Positions 53,717-64,000 of a stretch of DNA of 64,000 nucleotides are shown here, in pieces. Positions within the stretch are counted from its first letter, which is position 1; the number at the start of each line of letters is the position of its first letter. A program made the position numbers and the translations under genes. Origin of the DNA: Octopus vulgaris (Eukaryota); assembly GCA_951406725.2 (NCBI GenBank), contig OX597820.1, positions 110,546,001-110,610,000 of the forward strand, read 5' to 3'. Under the pieces are notes generated by a model. The model was not told the DNA's origin and did not search any database. It worked only from the letters and a program-made list of their open reading frames with translations.

Positions 53717-56700
53717 GAGTTGGCACAATGAAAGGTAGGTCTAGTGAGATTGTAGAGATGCTTGAAAGGAGATGGGTTGATGTATGCTGCGTACAAGAGA
53801 TAAGCTGGAGAGGAGCTTCAGCTAGGGTCCTCACAGGCAAGGCACATAGGTATAAAGTCTTCTGGCAAGGTAACATGGATGGTGTCAGGGGTGTAAGCAT
53901 ACACCTCACAAAGAAATGGGTGGATAAGGTTATAGAGGTTGTTACAGTATATGATAGAGTGTTTCAGCTCAGGCTAGTCCTGCAGAATAGCACAGCTATT
54001 ATCTCCACCTACACCCCACATGTGGGGCTACCAAATGATCAGAAGGACCACTTTTATGATACCCTTCTACAGGCTACCTGAAAGACGAGTAGCAGTGACC
54101 TCATCTTTGTGGCTGGAGACTTTAATGGGCATGTCAGGCGGGAATCGGGTATCTTCACTGGAGTACACGGTGGCCATGGTATTGGCACCTGAAACGATGA
54201 GGGAACCAGGCTATTGGAATTCTGTGATGCATGTAACCTTTTAATCTGCAACACTAACTTCAGGAAGCCAGACAGCCACCTGATAACCTATCAATCAGGG
54301 GACTCTGCTAGCCAGATTGATTTCATCCTCACCAGACAGCGGGACGCAGGGTTGATTTTAAATACAAAGACCCTGCTGGGTGAAGAATGTACCTCCAAGC
54401 ATAGGCTAGTCATTAGTGACTTTAGGCTCGAGGCCAGAAGGATACCAAGAAGCAGACCAATCCAGAAAAGTATTTGGAAGCTAAAGAACCCTTCACATGG
54501 TCAGAGATTTAGGGACATCCTCATCAAGAAATTTGAGGAGAGGGAGGAGGAGCTACAGACATCGGACATAGAAGGTAGCTGTAAATTCCTACGGTACAGC
54601 TTGCTGAGTGCCACAGACCAAGTCTGTGGCTGGTGCAAAGTCCCTTCCAGACCTAGAGTTACGTGGTGGTGGAATAGTACAGTAGACAAGGCCATTAGAG
54701 CAAAGAAACAGGCCTGGAAAGCCTGGAAGGATGGGGGTAGCAGGGAACTGTACAAGGTAGCCAAAAGGGAGGCTGGGTGGCAGGTATACATAGCCAAGAG
54801 CGAAGCGGAAAAGAAGTTTGCCAATGTCTAGCGATGTGAGGACCAAAGAACTGAGGTATTTCAGATTGCAAGACAGTGTGTGAGAGAAAATTACGATGTC
54901 ATAGGAGAGAAATGTGTCTGAATGGATGATGGGGCACTTGCTTTTAATGATTCTGAAAAGAAAGAGGCTTGGAGAAGCCATTATGAAAGACTGCTGAATG
55001 TGGAGAATGAATGGGAGGAGGAGAGCCTGCCAAATTTTGACCCAGAAGAAGGACCAGCCATCCGAATAGACAGCTCCTTTGTAGTTAAGGCAATTAAGGG
55101 TATGAAACCAGGTAAAGCCTCCGGCCCATCAGGAATCAATGCTGAGATGCTTAAAACAGCTGGCTATGTGGGCTATGGCCTAGTCAGCTGCATTGTAAAC
55201 TAGGTAGTTCATAATGGAGTCATACCCAATGACTGGCGTAGCAGCACCATAGTCAACTGCTACAAAGGTAAAGGTGATGCTCTAGATAGAAATAACTACA
55301 GGGGTATCAAACTGCTGGATCAGGTGATGCAGGTCACGGAGAGGGTCATAGCCCATCTCATTAGGGAGAGAGTCTGCTTAGATGAGATGCAGTTCGGTTT
55401 TGTTCCGGGTAGAAGCACCACTGATGCCATATTCCTGGTTCGACAACTGCAGGAGAAATACCTAGCTAAAGATAAACCCCTATACTTAGCTTTTGTGAAC
55501 TTGGAGAAAGCCTTTGACAGGGTCCCCTGATCCCTTATCTGGTGGGCGATGCAGAATCTGGAGATTGACGAATGTTTAATAAGGGCTGTACAGGCCCTTT
55601 ACAGAGAGGCTGTTAGTAAGGTTAGGATTGGCAATGAGTATAGTGAAGAATTCCTGGTAGAAGTAGGCGTCCACCAAGGTTCAGCCCTCAGTTCCCTTTT
55701 ATTCATCATAGTCCTCCAGGCAATAACAGAGGAATAACAGGTTGCCTCTAGGAGCTTCTCTATGTGGATGACCTGGCCCTCATAGCAGAATCACTACCAG
55801 AACTAGAAAAGAAATTTTGGGTGTGGAAGCTAGGTTTAGAATCAAAAGGCCTTAGAGTAGCAAAGACCAAAGTTCTAGTAAGTAGGAAGGCAAACTCACC
55901 ACACACCCCCTTAGGTAGGTGGCCCTGCTCAATCTGTAGAAAATGTGTAGGTAGAAACTCCATAAGATGTGCAGCAACATCAAAGGAAAATTAATCGAGA
56001 AGATAGCTTTCGTGTGTGGCAGATGCACAGGGGCAATAGACACCACAGATACACAGAAAACAGATTCCATTACACTCCAGAGGGATAAACTCAAAGTAGT
56101 TGATAGTTTCCACTACCTAGGTGACCAAGTTTGTAGTGGGGGTGGATGCTCAGAGAGTGTTACCACCAGAATAAGAATAGCCTGGGCAAAGTTTAGAAAG
56201 CTTTATCCCCTACTGGCAACAAAGGGTCTCTTGCTCAGAGTGAAAGGTAGATTGCACGACACATGTGTGTGAAATGCCATGCTTCATGGCAGTGAAACAT
56301 GGTCTGTGACTATGGAGGACATGTGTAAGCTCGAAAGAAATGAAGCTAGCATGATCCACTGGATGAGTAATGTCAGTGTCCATGCACAACAGAGTGTAAG
56401 TGCCCTGAAAGAAATGTTGGACATAAGAAGCATCGGATGCGGCATGCAGGAGTGACGTTTGCATTGGTATGGTCATGTACTACGGATGGATGAGGAGAAA
56501 TATGTGAAGAAGTGCCACTCTAAAAGAGGTAGACCCAGGATGACATGGGATGAGGTGGTCAAGCATGACCTTTGAACGCTGGGCCTCACAGAGCCTATGA
56601 CAAAAGACCAAGACCCCTGGAGATATGCTGTGACTGTGAAGACCTGACAAATGAAGTGAGTTCATGGCTCGCAGGACAACCTGCTGTGCTAACCTTGGGT

Positions 56701-56984
56701 TGTAGAGTGACCTGCTGTACTTGAGGAGACCTATTGAGTCAAGTATGTCAACATCAACATCAAAGTAAAAATCAAATGGAAATTGAAGTTATGATACCCG
56801 TGTCGGTGGCATGTAAAAAGCACCCACTACACTCTTGGAGTGGTTGGTGTTAGGAAGGGCATCCAGCTGTAGAAACACTGCCAGATCAGACTGGAGCCTG
56901 GCACAGCCTCCTGGCTTCCTACACCCCGGTCAAACCGTCCAACCCATGCTAGCATGGAAAACGGATGTTAAACGATGATGATGT
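53717..56984 (+). mobile_element. Nearly complete RTE LINE ORF (copy B; APE and RT), many stops
   Basis: VGTMKG, CCVQE, AGDFNGH, QIDFIL, HRLV, RT motifs, 3'UTR and GAT tail. Confidence 0.93.
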
Positions 56985-57859
56985 TATGCATATTTATTCA
57001 TTGTTTTGAATTAATCATGTATTAACTTGTAGTTTTGAGACTTCAATGATGCAATGGTTTAATTTTAGAAGGATATTAGTGGGTGGAATATTTGGGCCAG
57101 ATATGACCAGATTAAATGCTAAAGAGTTAGATAAGTTTGCACCAATAGAATAAGTACCAGTACTTTAAAAAAAATAAGTACTGGGATCAATTCATTCAAC
57201 TAAAATTCTTCAAGGTAGGGCCCCAGTATGGCTACAGTCTAATGACTGAAACAAGATAAAAGATTTCCACTGCCACATGGTTTTTGCTTCAGTCTCTCTG
57301 CATGATACTTGAACAAGTGTCTCTTCTATTATGGCCTCCAGTTGATGAAATTCATAAGAGTGGATATAGGAGACTAAAACTGAAAGAACTCCATTACATA
57401 TATATACATATATGTGTGTGCCTTCTTGCCTTGACATTGCACAACAGTTAAAAATGAGTGTCCTTGTCATAGAAGTGGTGTCCTTATTTCTAATCTTCTG
57501 GCTATGGGGAAACAGCTGTGAATTGACAGCATGAAGGGCATTTGACTGCAGAAAATCTGCCTTAATAAATTCCATCTAACTCATGCAAGCAAAGAAATGT
57601 GGATGAAAAACAATGATGATATTTAGACTTTAATTATTTATCAAGAAGCTATATTTTCATCTCTTTCCAGATCCATCTCAGGCACTTCACCCTCTCTTCT
57701 ATAATGTGAGTAGCCATATACCTTCTCAGAAGCAAGAAACCGGTTTTGTTCTGGCCCCTTCACTCACACTTTAGTCCCTCATTCCATAGCATAAAACCGT
57801 TTAGGTCCCTACTGTAGCTCTACTTAGTCAAAGAAGATTCTAGTCTTTCAGGCTGCATA

Positions 57860-58038
57860 ACAACTTCACTAGTGATGATACTACAAAAAAGTACTCAGTA
57901 GATGCAGTAAAATGGTTGGCATTGGCATATGTAAGGGTATCTAGCTGGAGCATGATGTCTTCAGACTTGCTGGCTCCTGTCAAACTCTCCAACCCATACC
58001 AGCATGGAAAATGGTAATTAAATGATGCTGATGATGAT
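57860..58038 (+). mobile_element. RTE-3'-type retroposon ending at the PRP38A splice donor
   Basis: aacccataccagcatggaaaatgg...aatgatgctgatgatgat. Confidence 0.7.
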
Positions 58039-58041
58039 TAC

Positions 58042-58127
58042 CTGAATGCGGGGCAAAATAATGTCATAAATTCTCTCTTCTCTCAAAAGTTCATCTATGA
58101 ATTCATCCATGTGCACAATTTCAAATT
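58042..58127 (-). CDS. PRPF38A: PRP38A exon (86 nt), end of the conserved PRP38 domain
   Basis: ttattag|AA TTT...CAG|gtaatc; FEIVHMDEFIDELLREERIYDIILPRIQ matches the PRP38 H.DEFIDELL...R..DIILPR motif. Confidence 0.96.
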
Positions 58128-59482
58128 CTAATAAAATATAAAATGAAATTTAAATGAACAAGAAATAAAAATAAATGATATGAAATATGGGAAATAAAAT
58201 TTTTCTCAATTTGGTTCTAATTGCTATTGTAATATGAAGGTATTTGAAGTTAAAACTGTGAGTGACAAAACCAAGTTGCCAGTGTTGTCTCATCAACTTT
58301 ACTTCAACTTTATAAAAAGAGAAAAAAAAGATGAGTTAAATGATGGTGCTTTACACAATTTCATAGCATAATTTGATTTTAAAATCCTGTATCATCATGT
58401 TAAAGAGGCTCAACATCCTTCAACTCTTCATCTCACTACTTCTTTTTCATACCCTCAACTGCATTGGATAGATTTGTAATGGGATAGGTAGCAAAAGGTT
58501 TTGTTGATAATTAAGTGTACGTTGTCGGGTGTAGCAGATGGAGAAAGGCATGCTGGACAACATCAAAGGACAATGAGGAAAGCATCAGAATATAGTTTAA
58601 ATAATTCACTTGATCAACACTTGCATTTACATTTTGGATACACAAAGTTTGATTTACAATATCAATGAAGGCCGCTACATAAAGTTACCAACTGCTTCAA
58701 GTTGGCAAAGTAAAAAAAAAACAACAGAAGTAGAATGTTGATTTGATGAGAAAATACATGGCATATTTTGTGTCTGTGTATGCGTTGGTCATTTGGTAGG
58801 GTCATGTTGCTTTTCTATTCTGTCTGTTTGTGTTCTGCTAATGTGTTGTGTCATTGGCTATCATTGTTCGCTAAGTGGCTCTCTGTTGGCTGTTGCAAGC
58901 TGACTGCTTATCTTGTGCCTAAGGAAACCGTATTTATAACAGTCATCCTAGAGTAGTAGAATAGATGCACCATAGGAGTAGTTTCTACTTATCTAGGTCA
59001 CCTGCTGTCCAGCTGAATCTTCAGTAACACAGCTCAGGCCGGAGGTCAAATGGAAATCCATCCATCACTTTTTGACAAGACAATTTAATAGTTTTGCTAT
59101 TAATACTGAAACTATTATCTCATATATACCTCACATACATAACATATATATTATGTATATACATATGTACACAGCTGCACACACACACACATATACATGT
59201 ATATATATATATATATAAAAGCTTGGCCGGGCTTAAAAGTCATATAAGGGCATCCACATGGCAACAATCATGATTCATTTCAGTAAGTCTTCTTGGCAAA
59301 GGCCTTTCTTGTGTAACGAGGATGCAGCTGTGATATATACATATATACATATAAATATTATATACCTATATATGCATATATATTATATACCTATATATAC
59401 ATAAATATACAATGTGACCTAGTGTATACCGTTGGCAATTTTTTTTCCCTCTGTCTTCCCTTCTCTGGATCTTTCCTTCTAT

Positions 59483-59517
59483 GTTTCTGACGAAGAGCTT
59501 CGCTCGAAACGTTAAAC
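59483..59517 (+). ncRNA. Minimal type I hammerhead ribozyme with an intact core
   Basis: GUUU-CUGACGA-A-GAGC(UUC)GCUC-GAA-ACGU-U/AAAC. Confidence 0.8.
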
Positions 59518-59714
59518 CCTCCTTCTTTTCTGAGCATCCAATAATACTATATTTGTTCCACGTCCTCGCGTTGTTGTGTTTTTTTGTGCTTTCTTGTTTG
59601 GATTAACTAAATATATATATACATACATATATATATATATATATATTTCACACACACACACACACATATATATATATACACATATACATATATATACATA
59701 TACAAACACATATA

Positions 59715-62700
59715 TTAGAAGGTTTGGAGGTGATGTACAGGTATTATATATTAGATGAAATAAGGTACTCAGAAATCTGGATGGTTTTATAATTACAGAT
59801 TTTTATTAATATGTAACATATTTTTATAAATCATATATTAGCGCTTACATCCACTCTAGTGGATTCTTCAGATTTGAATTTTTTGAGAAGATTCATCTCT
59901 TTTTATAGTATTATTGAGTGTGTAGGGGTGGAGAGAGATATAGGATAGTAAAAGAGGGTGAGGAATGGGGAGAAAGTGAGAGAGAGTGTGTGTCTGTGTA
60001 TCTGAAAGGAGTGTCAATGGAAAAGAGAAGGAAAAAAAAGAAGGAAGAGAGAAGAAGAAAAAATGTGTTTACATCTATACAGCTGGTCAGTTCTTTCAAT
60101 AGAAAGTGATTCTTGGCCTTTGAAAATGGCAAAACCAGGTGGCTACTCCAAGGGAGTGGGGTTCTTGTTTTGATAAAAGTTATTTTTCAAAAAATTGTCT
60201 GGATTTCTTTTCATCATTGTCCAGTGAGAGAGTGTGTGTGTGGGTGCCTGTGTATCTGAAAGGAGTGTCAACAGAAAAGAGAAGGAAGAAAGAAAGAAGA
60301 AAAAAATTGTATTTACATCTATACAGCTGTTCAGTTCTTTCAGTCCAATGTTTGATTCCCATGCTGGTATGGGTTGGAGAATCTGGATGTAAGATTGTTT
60401 CTATTTATGTATATGCACATATGTAAAGTAGTGTGTGTGTGTTTAATACAATTTACTTTACAAAATTAGTCCTTAATCCAGTACAAATCATTACAGAAAT
60501 ATTTTCAGCCATTCAGTTTGGGGGAGAACTTTGTTATGAAGTATTTTTCCATATTTTTTTCTGAAGAAGGTGTCATTCCTTGGACATTCATAGAAGGGAA
60601 AGGTCTTAAATTTTCATTCTCCACATGTATCTAAGTGTTTACTCAGTGGAATCTTTCGCAGTTTCTCCTGTCGGATATGTTGTCGGTGAATTCTGATTCA
60701 TTGGCATAAAGAATTTCCAGTTTCGCCTATATAATTCTCCTTGCATGTGGGGCAGGTTATGCAGTATATTACGTTCTGCAGCTTGCAATTCATGTCTGCA
60801 TTTACTTTGAATGTGTGACCACTCTTAAATTTTATTTGTTTGTTTCCCCCTATATATTTATAGATGGGGTTACTGCAGATCCCACATCTACCATCTCCAC
60901 ACTTGTTTACAAAGAATTCAGTTTTAGTTTCTGATGAGAATTTTGCCCTATTAGTTGTTTCTTCAGGTTTTTCTCTTGGCGTTTACTGTTTTTTATGCAA
61001 TATCTGTTTAATATGTTTCCCATTTTGAGGCTTTGTAGGACTATTTGTAAGTTTGGATGTATTATTTGAAACATGTTGGTTACTCCAGGGTTGTGTGTGT
61101 TTATGAAAGGAATGATGTTTTCTTTGTTTTTCGTTTTTGGAGTTCTGAGTTGTGTGATGTCCAGTTTCATTGCTCTTTGAGATTCCATTTTTTATTAATT
61201 TGAGTGGGTATTTCTGTTCTAGTTGGAAGTTTTTAAGTTCATTTGGCATGTTTGTGAGTCAGTCACTAAGTTGCATATGTGTCTTGCAATACTATATGGA
61301 ATGTTTCTTTTTATGTGGGATGGGTGGCAGGAGTAGAAATTTAAATATTGGTGTGTGTCGGTTTTTTGTAGTAGTAGATGTCTGTTGTGACGATGGAGTT
61401 ATGTATCTTGATGTTGATGTCTAGGAAGGGAAGTTTGTTGTGGCTGGTATCTATCATGAAGTTAATAGATGGGTGCAGTATGTTGAGGATGTTGTGGAAT
61501 GTTCGTAGATCTTCTTCTGAACTGTTTCAAAAGATAAAACAGTCATCGAGGTAGCATTTCCACTTTTTCTTGATGTCTTCTCTGAAGTCGTGTTCAAAGA
61601 CTTTCCCTATTTCATCTTATATAGTTTGTTCTCAAGGAAACCCATCACTAAGTTGGCATATGACGATGCAAATTTTGTACCCATAGCCGTGCCCTTTATC
61701 TGTCAGTATGTCTTGTTAAATGAGAATGTGTTTTCTTCAAGAATTAATTGGGTGGCTTTGGTGATAAAGTCTGTTTTGAAACGTTTATCTATGAGTGCCC
61801 TGTATCTTTCTACCCATTGTTTTATCGCTTCCAGATCCAGGGTGTGTGGTATGTTTGTGTATAAGTTTGTGTATAAGCTTGCAAGTATGGTGTTTTCCGG
61901 AACCATATTTGGAATGTGTGTGAGGAAGTCTATGTCACCCCTTATGTAGCTTGGTATCAGTGAGCATAAAAGTTTGATGAGTATATCTATGAAGTGGCTT
62001 AGTTGCTGTGTTGGCGCCTGGGGCCTTGCTACTATTGGTCTCATTGTGAGGTCTTCAGGTCTTTGTATTCTTATATAATGGTTCCTCTGTTCCTTTATGG
62101 CTCTCAGTATTTCAGAGCTTTTATGAACTTTAGGTAATCCATAAAAGTTGCTTTCTTTGGTTCTTGAGTTGCATAAATAGTCTTTCTCCTTGTCTGTAAA
62201 AGAGTCCTGGTATTCATCAACTAATGTTCCAATTTTTTTTAATGTTGCTTTCTCTGTTTGCATTTATGTGTGTTGAGAGGGAATTTGGAAATTGTCTCTA
62301 TGTATGAGTCTAGGTGTTTGTCACTTCCCTTGTAAGGGGTGAAATGGGATTGTTTTCTTCTGATTGAGCTATCTTCTGTTTCCTTATTTTCAAAGAATTC
62401 CATAAGGCAGAGGCAGCAGCTAAAGTTGTCTATATCAGTTTTTAGTTCTATGAGATTTGGAGTGGGTGTGGGTGTAAATTTGAGGCCTTTTAGTAGTAGG
62501 TTCATTTCATTTTCGCTAAGTTCTCTTTTAGATAGGTTTAATATTTTGGCGTCTATGTGTTTTGAGCGTTCATTCGGAATTTTTGGTGTGTTGGGTCTGG
62601 AGTATGGTTGAAGTATCCTTTCCCTAAAAAAGGGGTTGTGTTGTTGCGTCTCCAAATTCCATTTTCAGGTCTTGGATTTTCTTGTAGAGGTAGGAGTGGT

Positions 62701-63351
62701 CTATATGGTCTGTATGGGTTGTTTTGTCTGTGGTAGTTGTTTTCTTCCCATCTTCTGTGTTTGTTGGGCCAATTTCCATTCCTGGGATTCAGGTTTCTTT
62801 GTGGGTAGTTGAATGGTTCATATTGTTTTGATTGTTTTGATAGTGGAGGTTGTTTTCTATCCATCTTGCAAATTTGTTGGGTCGCTTGGGGTTGATGTTT
62901 GTATGGTTTGGATTTCCTCAATGTTTGTTGTAGGTTATGTGTTGATTTATATCTACTTGTCTATTGCTCCATGTGTGTATCCATTTAGAATGTCCAGCGT
63001 TATGTGTTGGTGGTTGTTCATATTCTGTTTGTTCTCTCCAAGTGTTATAGGTTGTTGGTTGTATGAGTCGTGTTTGTCTTGCTGTCTTTGTGGGGTTTTG
63101 GGTCGATGGTCGTATTTCATATTGTGTGTGTCAGTTTATTAGGGGGTTTGGCAGTGTAAAGAGCGGGTTTTTGGTTTGTGAATAAAGATGACCAGCTGTA
63201 AAGATGTAAACGCATTTTTTCTTCTCTCTTCCTTCTTTCTTTCCTTCTCTTTTCCATTGACACTCCTTTCAGATACACAGACACATACCCTCTCTCACTC
63301 TCCCCATTTTTCACCCTCTTTTACTATCCTATATCTCTCCCCACCGCTACA
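59715..63351 (-). mobile_element. Penelope-like element (RT plus GIY-YIG), disrupted, with an inverted 5' terminal-repeat copy
   Basis: LLLKGLKFTP, FYGLPKVHK, RPIVA, LYTNIP, GTAMG, YLDD and VIYCITCPTCKENYIGET; 59921-60088 is inverted at 63189-63351. Confidence 0.9.
59839..59871 (-). ncRNA. Hammerhead motif in the Penelope 3' terminal repeat (GAAA changed to GUAA)
   Basis: CUGAAGA-AUCCAC(UAGA)GUGGAU-GUA-AGCGCU-A. Confidence 0.7.
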
Positions 63352-63379
63352 TCTGTGCATGATGCAGTTGAACTAATCT

Positions 63380-64000
63380 GTGAAGTGTTTGGCCCTTGCA
63401 CTGCCTTGAAAAGTACTTGTGGTAATTGGTATCAGCGCATTGAATCTGTTAATTATTCCCTGGAAGATCAACCTCGAGGTGGGCGCCCAGAAGTGATTGA
63501 TGATGATGCATTGTTGTAAGTCACTGAAGCTGATCCAATGCAAACTGCACGTCAACTTGGCGATACAGTTTGGCGTCTCCCATGTCACAATCATCAACCA
63601 CCTGCATTGTCTCGGCAAGGTCAGCATGCTTGGAAAATGGGTGCCACATGAATTGACTGAAGTGAACAAACAAGCACGTGTCACTGCATGTCCAAAGTCT
63701 GCCATGGTGAAGCCGAAGACTTGATTGGTTGGAGTCAATAATCACTATGGATGAAAAGTGGGTACTGTACTCTAACGTGAGGTGCAGACGATCCAGATGC
63801 AGCAACGCTCAACAGCTAAAACCTTCGCCAAAAGGACCGCTTGTACAAAAGAAGGTTATGATCTCAGTTTGGTGGTATTGCCGTGATGTGATCATGTTGG
63901 ATCTTCTCCCACGCAATACCACCATTGACAAGATGGCTACTGCAAACAAATCGACAGTTGTGCTGGCCGAAAAACACTCAAATTTGAAGAAGATGATTTA
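63380..64000 (+). pseudogene. mariner transposase remnant running off the window
   Basis: GKWVPHEL, ITMDEKWVLY and KKVMISVWW. Confidence 0.88.

Noticed and set aside
58128-64000. Upstream PRP38A exons
   Set aside because: No N-terminal PRP38 motifs were found by eye; they presumably lie beyond the window.

Overview
AT-rich, repeat-saturated metazoan genomic DNA. The repeat repertoire suggests a cephalopod, most likely Octopus (inference). The only host gene I can support is the 3' part of the spliceosomal factor PRP38A on the minus strand: six exons at 58127-58042, 51740-51639, 45516-45401, 37631-37561, a 25-nt micro-exon at 37044-37020, and 35390-35189. All have GT-AG borders and consistent phases; the 5' exons appear to lie beyond the window. 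Its C-terminus ends in a Hub1/UBL5-interaction (HIND)-like motif. The rest is layered transposon debris: a near full-length Tx1/L1-type LINE, several RTE LINEs with a PHD-like finger inside RT, R4/Dong-like fragments, a Penelope element, mariner/Tc1, two hAT elements, Helitron-type elements, SINEs, a 5S rRNA pseudogene and long microsatellites. The most notable hidden signals are: at least six minimal hammerhead-ribozyme motifs (one with an intact core, others with variant or damaged cores); a perfect 48-bp hairpin in the Tx1 5'UTR; two apparent gene-conversion tracts between dead LINE copies; and inverted RTE copies flanking a PRP38A exon. All calls are from reading the sequence by eye; no searches were run.
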